The notes below the pieces were generated by a model. That model was not told the origin of the DNA and searched no databases. It saw only the letters and a list, made by a program, of their open reading frames with translations. A stretch of DNA of 64,000 nucleotides, counting the filler, from Sphacelaria rigidula (taxonomy: Eukaryota), in NCBI GenBank assembly GCA_964200075.2. It is 9 parts of 9 records of this genome, joined end to end, with 100 filler letters (N's around TTAATTAATTAA, not from the genome) between each part and the next. Parts side by side here need not be neighbours in the genome. Positions count along the whole stretch, not along the records: positions 35,617 to 42,639 come from CAXNAA020016908.1; positions 42,740 to 49,762 come from CAXNAA020016909.1; positions 49,863 to 56,885 come from CAXNAA020016910.1; 6 more parts are not named here. One strand, written 5' to 3'. The translations under genes and the position numbers were made by a program. Positions within the stretch are counted from its first letter, which is position 1; each line of letters opens with the position of its first letter. Shown here one piece after another: positions 40,011-51,843 of the stretch.

Positions 40011-40131
40011 CGGTCCGAAGGTATCAGTCACGGTTGACCTGGGCGGAGCCACCGCGCGCTTAGACCCGAGGAACATCGATCCCGACGGGGGGTCCTTCTC
40101 GTTCCACGACACGCCGGCCCTTCGACTCTCG
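40011..40131 (+). CDS. Exon of a probable C2-domain protein (GPKVSVTVDLGGATARLDPRNIDPDGGSFSFHDTPALRLS)
   Basis: CAG and GTGAAG boundaries; ends in phase 0, compatible with the exon at 40786. Confidence 0.6.
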
Positions 40132-40785
40132 GTGAAGAACCCGGCGCTGCTTCCTACTAGTGTCATTCCGCTCACGTAGCATAGCGTAACGTAGCGTAAT
40201 ATGATGTATATTTGTTCGTCGTGGGTGATGAGTTGCGTACCGGAGGTATGTAGGCGTTTTTCATTCATACTTCGCAAGTATATGTCGTATAATCAAGACC
40301 TACCTGTGTGCTGTAGGTATATAGGTGGGCGTGGTTTCTGCTTTGCTCCCTCGTTTCACACTTGTCGGTGGTATGCTACTGTGTACAGGCTCAAATAGGA
40401 TTGGAAGTAAATCGATCCCGCAGTGGTTGCCCTGTTCCATCCTCTCGAAGTGTGACACAAAACGAACGGGGACGGATCTACGGTACTTCACTTTATGGTG
40501 GCGCCCTCTCTCTGTTTGCCTCCGCCTTTGCCCCCCGCTTCTGTTACCCTTCGTCTGCTTGTCTGGCTGTCTGCTTTTGTCCATGTCCTGACTCGGTCTT
40601 GATTTTGATGTCTCTTTGTCGTGGGCTCTGTCTCTATGCCTCCCTCACTGTCTCTGTGTGTCTCTACCCCCATTTTGCCCTCGTCGCTCTCGGCTTGCCT
40701 GTCTCTCGTATATATGTTTCCATCTCTCATCTGTCTTTTGTCTCTGTTGCTGTCTCGTTCCTCCTTGCTCCTCTTCCTCTGGCAG

Positions 40786-40971
40786 GGCCTGCAGCTAGCA
40801 AATATATGGGAAGAAGACTTGGATATCAGTTTGCACTCGTGGCATCCGATCACGTCGTGGAAACGAGTGGCGGAAATTAAGATTCCGGTGCAGACCATCG
40901 GTATCGGGTCGCCGGAAAGCGAGTATCGAACGTTCTTGCTGGACGACATCGACGGCGGTGCTAACGACGAT
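40786..40971 (+). CDS. Exon of a probable C2-domain protein (GLQLANIWEEDLDISLHSWHPITSWKRVAEIKIPVQTI...)
   Basis: Polypyrimidine tract plus CAG, GTAC donor, 62 codons. C2-like beta-strand pattern LxIxL..W....K.V..I.IPV. Confidence 0.65.
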
Positions 40972-41799
40972 GTACGATACCATGTTTCAACATTACATTT
41001 ACCGTTCACACAAAACACATCTATCTATATATCTGTATATCTGTATGTCTGTATATCTGTGTGTGAGTATCAAAGTGCCTTGTGTCCTACAGATGAAGTA
41101 AAATTGCATTTTGCGTGTTTAATGGGTGCTCACGTATGTCCGTTGTTTGAAGAACTGAATACTGTGTTGTATTTCTGGTGGAAGGGAGTTGATCGCACTA
41201 TGCACGTTGTGTTTCCATGCGACAATGATCACGTACGCCATTTCTTTTCACCGGTGGTAACGTGGACATGTCTTTATTTTTGTTTCGTAGAGGGGAAAAG
41301 GTCATGCTCAGGTACGTACCTGAGCACTTGCGAGACAAAATTTCAGGTGTACCTCCGCTTGAAGTATATTATGCCGTCAAATGCGGCCACATGATTGACA
41401 AAAACGGCACAAAACCCTCTCACGACTGGCTGCAAACGCAGCAGGTGTACCTTGAACTTGACCCGTCCGCGTTCCGTCTGGCTGTACCTGAACCTAGCTA
41501 GGCACCTGAAACTAGCGAGCAAAATGCACAGGGATTTCGCTTGGCACCTGTGACAACGAACCCTGCGGATGCAGAGAGTTATTTCTTTTGCCTCCCAGCC
41601 GTGCAAGTCCTTACCCCGCAAATGCGACACCTGCGAGATTTCCCTCCCCATAGAATAGTACGGGTACAGATGGTCGCCGATCCTCCCGAAGGGGTAACGT
41701 GACTACCTCACTTGTACAATACCAACAGATACGACCGTTGTATTGTTCACGTAGTGACGGGTGAAACACGTGTTTTTTCCCCCCCCTGTGCACGACCAA

Positions 41800-41952
41800 A
41801 GAAGCGATTTTTGTGTCATGTATGGAATAAATGTCATGAGCGCCCAAATGTTGGAGGTGTCTTTTGTTAGGAGTAGGAACAGTGCTCCGTCTCGAAAGAG
41901 ATGCGTGGTCAATGGTCGAATGACTTGAGGCAAGCAGCAGATGAGTACGCGC
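41800..41952 (+). mobile_element. 3' end of LINE family D (also 21371-21441 -, 42740-42810 +, 63383-63530 -, 63925-64000 +)
   Basis: Matches the 45400-45548 terminus ...GGTCAATGGTC...GGCAAGCAACAAATGAGTACGCC. Confidence 0.75.
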
Positions 41953-42361
41953 CCTGTGCACAATGTAAAACCCGCCGCAAAATGCCCGACGGCAAATTCA
42001 ACATACACAGATACACGTCCCGGCAGCTCAGCTCCAACCGTGATGTCCTCGAGAGTTCACCGTCCCCCGTGAATTGACATTTTGGGGGTACATCGTCCTC
42101 TTGCCGATGGCTGGATTCGAAGCAAATCGGTATATGTAGAACAACCTATTAATGCCGTCAAGCAAGCAAATCTATCAATTTTATGTCAATTGCTCTATAT
42201 AAACCGACAAGAAGAAATAGGGGTGGAGGGGGACTCTCGCTGTTTTTGTTTATTTTTCTTTTTTTTTGTCACGACGTCAAGATGAATAAAAAATCCACGA
42301 GGAGCAGCGGAAGGCGACAAGGGAAAACATTATCGTTTTATTGCTGGTTGATTTTTTGCAG

Positions 42362-42525
42362 GAGAGCAAGCCCAGGCTGTTTTTGAGCGTAAATCTGAGG
42401 AGCGAATTCAGGCCACCCGTGCAAACAGCGGCGCGGCTGCTGGAGGGCTACACGTCGACTGTCGATCGTGCGCTCGATGCTGTCTCCGAACAGGCAAGAT
42501 CGAAAATATATACTTCCTCTGTCCC
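42362..42525 (+). CDS. Next exon of the same gene (ESKPRLFLSVNLRSEFRPPVQTAARLLEGYTSTVDRALDAVSEQ...)
   Basis: TTTTTTGCAG acceptor in phase 0. The donor is GTAAGT at 42526, or GC at 42494. Confidence 0.6.
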
Positions 42526-43168
42526 GTAAGTCTGTATCGTTATGTTTGTACGAGCCCCTAACGATGTGCGATTTGATTTTCGATTTTTTGGTTACATTCG
42601 TTGGCGTTTTTTGAGCTAGAAACAACACTCTTCCTACAANNNNNNNNNNNNNNNNNNNNNNNNNNNNNNNNNNNNNNNNNNNNTTAATTAATTAANNNNN
42701 NNNNNNNNNNNNNNNNNNNNNNNNNNNNNNNNNNNNNNNCCTATCGTCTCGAAAGGGATGCGTGGTCAATGGTCAAACGACTAAGGCAAGCAACACATTA
42801 GAACGCCCCCCCCCCCTATCGTAGGATGACTCAATGATACTTTTTGTTAATGTACTGATCCGGATCCTGAGGGAGCTCATTTGGCCCCTTTTCCCATATT
42901 TGCTTCTCACAGCGCTGGACGCCGAGCAGGCGGAGTAGCGCAGAGGTTACACTTTGGCTTCTCGGACCCCGCTGTCACGCACTTTGTGTTCTTGGACAAG
43001 GGGTATTTTTGGCAGAGTCATCTTTCATTAGCTATTTTAGGTAGCTCGTGAGCTGTCCGACGCGTGAATCTTCTTCCAATGACCCACCGAAAATTTTGAA
43101 GAGTTCATGTTCCAACACCCTACTGAGCCAGTCAGGCTTGCAACGTCCTGGGGAACGTCGATATTCAC

Positions 43169-43324
43169 CTTGGGGGCCTCTTCCACCAAAACTCCGTCTT
43201 CATCCAATATGTCGTCTCTGAGGAAGTTCACCATGTAGTAGTCGGGTTTGGTCTTGTCCATTAGCTCTTCGCCGAATACCTCCCCTACTAGCCCCGACAG
43301 GTACTTTTCGAAAAAATCTTTGTC
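43169..43324 (-). CDS. Axonemal dynein heavy chain, exon 6 of 6 in the window
   Basis: DKDFFEKYLSGLVGEVFGEELMDKTKPDYYMVNFLRDDILDEDGVLVEEAPK; CAG/GTGAAT. Confidence 0.9.
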
Positions 43325-43907
43325 CTGCGCGAAAAACAAAACGGTTTGCCATGCGGAAGCGCAGCGAGACGCCAGCTTGGTTGATGTTTCTTTGACAGGA
43401 ACATCGATCGCATGGGTGGTTCTCGGAATTGTCGTTAGTATCTACGTGGTGGTAAATAACGAGAGTATGCCTAGGGGCAGACAAGACCAGATCATCACTG
43501 ACGTTGATTTGATTGACTTGATTGATTTAGTTGATTTGATCGATTTGATCAATTGCCGCACATGTACTGATCCCTGAGATAGCCAGCGATGGTCATTATC
43601 CACGAGATATACATACCCAGGGTTAACAAAATGGTGCCGTGTTTTGCCGGAACGTTGGCGCGCCCGTGAAAGACGGGGCGCTGGCATTCTCACGATTGAA
43701 CGGGCCTGGCAGGTGCTGGAGTACGCCGATGTGCTCCGCTGCTTCTGGTATGTGAGCGTCAACCGTGCTTTACCGACTTTCAGACCTACCGATTCCGGAC
43801 GAAAGTCGTAGTGGGAACATATGCGCAGCAATACTATAGCTACCCTCCGTGAAAAACCTCCGTGATTAGAGATCATAAGACTATACATGCGGCCAACCAA
43901 ATCCAAC

Positions 43908-44060
43908 CTTGTTTGTGGTCAGCTTATCGCAAAACACCCGTTCGCACTCGTGCCTCCATAGATTCACTAGCACTTCCACGGGAGTCATATTGATTTTTCC
44001 CTCCACTGCTCTCGTGCCTCCGCGCTCCGTGATGGTAGTCTTAGGTGTCAGCAAGATGCC
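43908..44060 (-). CDS. Dynein heavy chain exon 5
   Basis: GILLTPK...LVNLWRHECERVFCDKLTTNK; AAG/GTTGGA. Confidence 0.92.
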
Positions 44061-44756
44061 CTTCGGGTCGAGAACACAAGCGACGGCAAGTGTAGGAAAT
44101 CACGAGACGAGAGCAAAAATAGTGCAATTAGGGTACCTTACGTGACAAAAGCGTATGCCCTCCAGCAGAGATTTTCCTCCCTCTCGACTCATGTCGTCAC
44201 CACTTTTCGATAAGCTGCGGCTGTTGCAAACTACAGCAATCTCTCCTCGAAGGCTCGATAAACAAACCCCGCATCACCCGGCGATGTCGCGCTACTCGCC
44301 TACGGTGAGTTGCACAGCGGTGTAGCTTTAACACAGAGAGTCCCGTGGGGGCGTGTGATACACATGATTCCTACAAGCAGACACTCATATCAATATCCAA
44401 CCTTAACTTCTTTTGGCAACGTTTGCTCTCTAGGTGCGAAAAGTCCCCGCCAGCGAAGGGTACTACTCATGGTATGACCCATGGGTTCTCATCTGTTGTC
44501 GCATGCCGTACCGTTCGATTAATCCCTAGTATTTAGTGTTTGTCGCATCATACTTCGACCCCCCCCACCCCTCCACTCGCCCCCCGCCCCCCCTTTCCTC
44601 GGAGGTCATTGGCCACACGACTACGGCATGCAAGATCATGGGTACACTCTTCTCCTCTCCTCGAGACGCTCTGAGATACTCTCTCTCGACGAGACAGAGA
44701 GAGAGAGAGACAGAAAGACAGAGAGAGACAGAGAGGCAGAGAAAGAGAGAGAGAGA

Positions 44757-45548
44757 GAGGAACATGCCAAGAAAGAGATTGTCAGTCATAATTGATAGAG
44801 CTGCATGGAAGAAGGTAACGAAAGGGCAGGCTGGAATAAGGTGGGATAGCACAGTCGAGGAAGTATGGAAGGACATAGGATGAGACCAAGATGAAATATT
44901 GTCCACAGGTGAAAGTGGGAGGTAGAAGACCAAAGTACAAAAACAAATTAAGAACTGAGTGGAAAACAAGCTGTAAGAGAAAAAGTGGACGCGGAAGACA
45001 ACTTGAAGATAAACGGGGGGTTGAGAGAGGGGATAGGGATGAAAACGTATCTGAACGGCCCAAGGGACCACGCGAAAAAACTGACACTGCGAGATCAAGT
45101 GCAGGACCTGGACATGCCAGAGAGAAGAAAGAGATATACCAGTAGTCGAGAGGAGGGGGGAAGTATATGCACAGAACTGCCCCCTGTGGGCAACCAATGG
45201 AGAGTACAACTCATCTAGTGGCAGATGTGACATGTACGGGGAGGAACGGGACGTCTTAGAGGTGGAAATATGGGAAGTAAACAAAGGTATCATAAAAAGA
45301 TGCTTGGTACACTAGATGGTGGTGAGAAAGCTATCGCTATACTGGGAGATAGATGATGACCACAGACGGCGAAGTAGAACAGGAGATAAGACATATAGAG
45401 GTTTTTGTGTACGTCATGCATGGAAGAAGCGTAATGAGCGCCCAAATGCTGGAGGTATCTCTATCAAGAGTAGGAACGGTGCCCCGTCTCGAGACGGATG
45501 CGCGGTCAACGGTCAAACTGCTAAGGCAAGCAACAAATGAGTACGCCT
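44757..45548 (+). mobile_element. 5'-truncated LINE family D (ORF2 C-terminus) inside a dynein intron
   Basis: Decayed frame WKKVTKGQAGIRWD...GLREGIGMKTYLNGP...LDMPERRKRY...CPCG..ESTTHL (CCHC knuckle remnant)...GCAVNGQTAKASNK*. Confidence 0.8.
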
Positions 45549-45940
45549 CGCCTCCCGCCCCCCTCAAGACGAGGCCGTTGTCTCGACGGATCAACCAATC
45601 TACCTCCGGGTAGCTGCTTTGCAATTCATTTTGCTTTATTGGATCATGACTATCGGCACCTCCTCCTCTCATCGACTTTCATACATCAGTTCTCTTGGGT
45701 CAACTCCTAATCTCATGCTTCCCGCGACGGAAACCAGCAAAAAGCATCAGCCGGTACTGTCGGAACTGGCACCCACTGCTTCTACTCCGCCCAAACCGGC
45801 CCATGATAGTCTGTACCAACTTTGACCACCGGGGCGCGGCGATATTGTTTTTCTTGTCGAGCGCTCAACTTACAAGCGGTGTGGCGTTGCAGTCTTCTTG
45901 TTTCCAACGGTGACTTGAGTATCCCTGTACAACGGCGTAC

Positions 45941-46063
45941 CTGGAATACCCGGGACAGGTCGCGCATGTTGAAGAGGTAGTGGAACTTTGCCGGGGTGGG
46001 CAGCATCTTCGCCTTCATCGTTCGCCACAGACTGATGGTTACCTGGGTCAAGCTCCCTACAAC
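45941..46063 (-). CDS. Dynein heavy chain exon 4
   Basis: VVGSLTQVTISLWRTMKAKMLPTPAKFHYLFNMRDLSRVFQ; CAG/GTACGC. Confidence 0.95.
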
Positions 46064-46833
46064 CTGTTTGAGGATAGGAAAAAAGGACGCACCCGTCCGC
46101 GCGTAGGGCTTTTTACTCAGAGGGATCTGTCCGGTCTGTCGCCGGTAGTCCGAGCGCTGGATTGTGTGGCGAAATGCTCAACTCTTTGGAGCGGTCGACC
46201 ATGAATCTACGGGAGAAAATTCTCTACTTCATCGTTGTGAAAAACAGCAGTGAACTCATTGTTCCATACCAAAATATACTCCGAACAGCAGTCACATATT
46301 TTCCATCATGTACGTGTGTAGGAACGCGCTGCGAAGGAGGCGTCATCTAGGGTAGGTACTACGGCGTTCGAGAAGTCAGCAGTTGGATCACCTGGCTCCG
46401 ACACGCGCCTCTCTCTCTATGTGATCAAGGGGCCCCTTCAAGGCCGCTCAATTTATCGCGCAGATTTCCATTCAAGGGTAGTCATTGCTAGAAGACAAAC
46501 GAAGTTTTCATACACAGCACATGGCCCCATTCGCAACATCCATGTAGTCAGAGCAAAAAATCACGGTAGACATGGTGATCTTTGAAAAACCCAGGTAAAC
46601 ACTGCACAAGACGATCAGAGCAGAGTCGCCAGACTGCGCTCTAGGCTTTTGTGAGCGTGATTATACTTCCACTCAAAGGAGACGATTGCTCGGGTACGGG
46701 AAGCAAACGTCCGTTGAGTCATCGTGTCTGAAAAACGAAGGTATTCAACAACACTCCGTTCTCTTACCAACACATTCGTTCACTGACTCATATTTTGTTC
46801 GTTTGTGCTCCAACACACGCCACCACCGCTCAC

Positions 46834-47028
46834 CTTCATGACCTCGGCGTCGAAGCCCCCGTCCTTGAATCGACCCCTGAGCATCTGTCCGTAGATGTCG
46901 TTGATGGAGGTAATGCTAGGCAGCACCAGGTTGAAAATGAAGAAGTTTCGCTTCAGCCGATTGGGAATATCGTTCTTACCGCCCCCGGGGTGACCCATGG
47001 CGCCGATGTACTGTAGGTCTTCGCACAC
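46834..47028 (-). CDS. Dynein heavy chain exon 3
   Basis: VCEDLQYIGAMGHPGGGKNDIPNRLKRNFFIFNLVLPSITSINDIYGQML...; CAG/GTGAGC. Confidence 0.95.
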
Positions 47029-48264
47029 CTGCGGTTATTCGGAACAAAAAGAACAAACAATCTTGTAGAATTCCTGAATGTGCTGGCTACTACGCGATAT
47101 TATTTACTAACCGTTGCTATGTTTTGCGTCGGAAAAAAAGACTGCGGTCGTGCAACTATGGGTCCCAAGATTGTGCACTGTAGGTTATACCCGGGTAATA
47201 TATTTATTTATTTTTATTCATTATTTGTCGCACTTTGAACCGCTCCCGTCCTCCGGACGAGTCCGTGGTCTCGAGGGATCAACACATTTATCTCCGGTAC
47301 ACGCCTTGCATTTTGATTTCGTGGGTTGGATCATGACCAGCGCTCCCGCACCGCCTAAACTCACGTCCAACAAACTCAGTCAACCACTTTGTATATTCAC
47401 GTTCTCACCCTATCCACGGTGTGAATCAGATACTACGAAGAAAAGATCCAAGGCATCGGGAATCGAACAGTCGTTCTCTCCACCCTAATGGCGACAGTCG
47501 GACGATTACACCCCTGCGGCGCGGATGTTGGGAATTTTTGGTCGGCATACTAAACCATACGGAAATGTGCACCGAGCATTCCGGTATGGTCTAAATAGCA
47601 GGGTATCGAACCCTGTTCCAAACACTTCGGTATGGTTCTGAAGGCTACATTTTAGGGCTGTGGACTGGCTGCTCTGGCTAGTTGAGTTTAAACTGGCCGC
47701 TGGCGCGACCAGTACATCGATGTTTTCCCAGTTCATTGATGGTGAGCCGCAAACGCCCCCCCCCCCGGATGGTGAGGGGGGCCCGCGGGAGCGCCGCGGG
47801 AAGCGAGATAAATTGCGTTAGTTAGCTTGTTTTTCCTTCATAAATGTTGGAAATTGTAGAAAATGTGACCCCTCACATTAAGGAGGTAAAAGTCTTAGAT
47901 GGCATTCGAACCTCGTTCAAAGCGGCCAGCGATTCGAAAATCATTCATCTGTAATATGCAGTAGCAGACTCTCCGTGAGGAGGGGAGGATGCGAACAAAC
48001 CAAGGCTGGCAGCACGCGGGGATAAGGTATGGTAAAAAAAGTGGACCTTCATTTTGTTTGGGGGGGGGGGAGGTTCGGGCGTTCTCGTGAAAAAAAGTGA
48101 TCGCTACCATACTAAAACGCCCTAAACCAGTGAAAAAATAAAACTGACCCACTTTTTTTGGTTCATCACGCCCTAGCGAGGTCCCGCACAAATTTTCAAT
48201 ATATGATCACCAAACGCGGGCCGGTAAGTGGCCTGCAAGATACTGTTCCGAGTTTTTCCTACCC

Positions 48265-48550
48265 GGATTTTAAACACGGCCATTCGCAATTTAATACTTG
48301 GAGTTGGACCCTAAAATTTGGTATGGACAATCAATAGAGTATAATAAAGAAAGTTATGCGCGGACCCAATGATCTTGTTCTTCATGAGTTTAAGGCAATA
48401 GTTAGTCTTCAGGTTTCAGTAAAATGCCTTTAAATCATGAAAGAGAAAACTTTGGGCCCATGCATATATATTTTTTATTATGTCCTACTGGTTGTCCGTA
48501 CCATATTTTAGGCTCGAACCCGAAGTATTAAAACGCGAACGGGCCTGCAA
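48265..48550. mobile_element. AT-rich fold-back MITE in a dynein intron
   Basis: TTCGCAATTTAATACTT..CCTAAAATTTGGTATGGACAA versus TTGTCCGTACCATATTTTAGG..AAGTATTAAAACGCGAA. Confidence 0.65.
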
Positions 48551-49153
48551 ACTCCAGATCCGCTTCTAGGCTGATCCAGCTCGTACCACGAGTACTGTCT
48601 GTACTCGTACTGCTGTCAGGTGCAGGCCCACTTCTACTGTCATTTTGTTAGTAATAATGTAAGCATCTTTGTCATGAATTTACTATACTAAAATTGGTAT
48701 AAACATAGCCGGTAACGGCAAACTTCGAATAAACCGGATAAACTGTCGTCCTCACCAGTTCCAGTTTAATCGCCGATATAAACTGGTCCAGTTCACAGCC
48801 CCACTATTTATCGATAAAACACCTCTTTTATACTACTTCTATATATACCCTATTAATAATTTCAGTCGGTATACCCTACAGAACACGAACTTGATAAGTT
48901 CGTTCCACTGTGGATTACTCGAAAAGGCAAAGTTAAGTGGCGCACCGCATCTCTCACGCAGAGCATCCTCGAAGTCACCGCAAGAAAGAGAGCGCCATGG
49001 CGTGCCTGCCTACTTGAAGGAACCTCGACCTCTCTTCTTTTTGTACCGTAACACTTTGCATTTTCTCGCCGGTGCTTCCTACTGATTCAGCAATCGTTGA
49101 GGTCGTTTTGTTCGTGTCACGTGAGGGGAAGAGACACGGCAAAATGGTCACAC

Positions 49154-49255
49154 CTTGAAGTCTCCTCTTTTGTCTTTGTCCAGGAAGCAGAAGCCTCCCC
49201 ACTCTACGATAAGCCGCACCATCTCCAGTGTGGGCTGGTCACCCCACGCGTTGAT
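49154..49255 (-). CDS. Dynein heavy chain exon 2
   Basis: INAWGDQPTLEMVRLIVEWGGFCFLDKDKRGDFK; TAG/GTGTGA. Not reported in the supplied ORF track. Confidence 0.93.
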
Positions 49256-49496
49256 CTATTGCAAATACAAGTTCAGAAGATACAGGTAAGCACGAGACAA
49301 AATCAAACAGTAGCTCCGGCTTGGGCATGCAAGCAAGGTGTGACCTGCAAAAACAAAAAATCTTGGAGAACTGGGTGTGTAGATATTAAGATTTGTGCCA
49401 ACCATGCGAACAATTTCCACCAAAATGGCTCAAGAACAAAACACAAGAGTACATCATACAGAGGCAGGTATGTACACAGTGCAGCACATCGTGCAC

Positions 49497-49638
49497 CTCA
49501 GGCATGGAGACATCGTCCATGAAAATAGTCATCTTTTTTCCGCCCGGAGGGCCGAAGTTCTTGCCGCCTCGCTTGTCGAGTTCCACTTCGATGGAGTTCT
49601 GGCACATGAACGGCGTTGTTGCGCTCGAGAAGTTGATC
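49497..49638 (-). CDS. Dynein heavy chain exon 1 in the window (AAA3 module; outer-arm gamma/DNAH5-8-like)
   Basis: [47 protein letters not shown] (Walker B IFMDD). All six exons splice in frame. Confidence 0.95.
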
Positions 49639-50134
49639 CTGGAGAGACAAACCATTTAAGACCACCGGGGGAGGGGGGGGGGGGGGGGAAGGGGTTCTTC
49701 CCATAGTCTTGGTGGTCTGAGGACAGACGACGCAGGCGTTGCGAGAGGGGAGGGGGGGGGGGNNNNNNNNNNNNNNNNNNNNNNNNNNNNNNNNNNNNNN
49801 NNNNNNTTAATTAATTAANNNNNNNNNNNNNNNNNNNNNNNNNNNNNNNNNNNNNNNNNNNNCGTCCCGGCTTTGTAGGGATGCGAGGTCAATGGTCTTA
49901 TGACTATGGCAAGCATGATCATGAGTACACCCCCTAGCACCGATGGGATTGGCGTCGGCTGGCGATGACACTGTGAAAGACGCCACGCACAGCGTTACGC
50001 ACTCTAGGCGGTCACGTTTTTGTGTTTTTTGCGCGCGCTAGCGTTTTTTTGTCTGCGGTAACCGTGATGGAACTTTCGTTGACGGTGAAATGCGATGGAG
50101 CTGGACTGGGGAAACGTTTTGTTTGTTTCCCCAG

Positions 50135-50480
50135 AATGTCGAGGCCCCTCATCGACAGAGAAACATATACTTTGCTGGCGCCATGGAAGAATACACCACA
50201 GCACCCCCGTCATGTGGAATGTGTGACTGTATCAAGTGTTACCACCGAAGAGGTAACTTCCGTGCGGCCCGGAAAGTAGTGATGTTGCTTTCACGTCTCT
50301 GCGCTTATTGGACGCGTGCTATCTTTGAAAGAAGGCGATTGTGGATTTGGGGAGGTTCATGTAACCTCCACCATCGCATCATGTCGCCGCGTTCGTATTG
50401 GCGTTATGCACATCGACCCTGGGCAGGCGAAGGAAATGGAGGCTTCTTCATCGCACGCAGTGACTATGGCGACCTCCTCG
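50135..50480 (+). CDS. Two phase-compatible candidate exons (50135-50252, 50427-50480) of a Cys-rich unknown protein
   Basis: AG/GT boundaries. Spliced product: NVEAPHRQRNIYFAGAMEEYTTAPPSCGMCDCIKCYHRRGEGNGGFFIARSDYGDLL. Confidence 0.4.
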
Positions 50481-50758
50481 GTACGACACCAGGAGCACAA
50501 GGGAGCAGGAGAGAAGGCACAATAGCAGTACACATGAAGCGAATATACATATATATATGCATGGTGGCAGTTTCTATCGCCGTCCTTGGTACGGAAGTTG
50601 TCGGGGTAAACTAGCCGTTGACGGGAAAGGGTGAAATGAGGTGAACACCTGAGGACCCGTACTTCACACCCCAAGTATGACACGGTTGGCGTCCCGCAAC
50701 CGGTTCACAGTTGATAGCCCGATTGTGTTTGTCCGTCCAGTGCAAAGGTAGTGTCCGC

Positions 50759-51016
50759 GAGTGATGCTGCGATAGGGTCAGCACTTTTACGGCCTGAGAG
50801 TAGAATTGTTAGGAACCCTTTATCTAATCCAAAACACGACTTTCGAAATAGGTGAGAGTACGCCAGATTTCTTTTTCCAATTTGCTAGGGATATCCTGAA
50901 TGAATATGCAAACGGGGATATCCTGACCCATATTCTTGTGTACTTCCTAATTTTAGGAACCCCTGAATCAGGCCGGTTTTGGCCCCAAAAGTACAGACCC
51001 TATCGCAGCATCACTC
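50759..51016 (-). mobile_element. Sola-like MITE, intact
   Basis: Perfect 21-bp TIR GAGTGATGCTGCGATAGGGTC, with the 4-bp TSD CCGC on both sides. Confidence 0.85.
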
Positions 51017-51811
51017 CCGCATCATACTGTGTCAGCGGCGAAGGTGTACTCATTCTGTCTGGCCACTGGTGTTGTGTGGGATAAACCGCGGCGTCATGGC
51101 ATGCCATGGTGCAGGCGAAGAAGAGGGCATTGCCTGAATTCTCCGTCGTACAAATATATGAGAGCAGAGTCATACAGGGCAGCGACCATAACGTCTAAGG
51201 CAAACGGGGCAAAAGTTTCTTTGCAAATACAGGGCTACCGTAACTTGGAGCGTCCTCACCTGAGGGAGATGTCAGCAACATGACGCCATGGATGAGAATA
51301 CTTACGTTTGCACCCAAATTGGCGTTTTGCGTGACATACCAATTTTTGAATTGGTTGTTGTCTCAGGCGATTCCAGATTAGGCATTAGATTTCTTTGACA
51401 GAAAACACTATCGTTTTTTCGGGATACTTTAAAAAAAACGAGCAGAACGTTTCGAAAAACTGCTCAAACCTTGACCCCATTATCTGGATACAGGGCAGTA
51501 CACCCAAGAAAAGACAATTTTGTAGTGGTGTATGGACTATAGAGTACTACACTTAACACGAAACAACACAGCAGTTCTGTAGCATCACGAGAAATCACGC
51601 GCCATTCTGATCGTGTTCTGCACGAGAAGGAGAAGAAGCAACAGCAGCATTATCAACAGCATCTTGACGCTCAGTAGATGTACGCGGCTGGGGGTGCGTC
51701 TTAATCAGCCGGTGCCGATTTTTGTGTCAGTCAGCGCTGTTCAGCATGGTGGCTATCACTCGCGAGGTGAGTGGGTGTTGTCGCACGGTCGAAACGCGGA
51801 CTGTCTACGAT

Positions 51812-51843
<32 letters not shown>

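Noticed and set aside
40621-41394. 257-aa ORF as a single CDS
   Set aside because: Only 40786-40971 is exon-like; the flanks are CT-rich or TA-rich intronic sequence.
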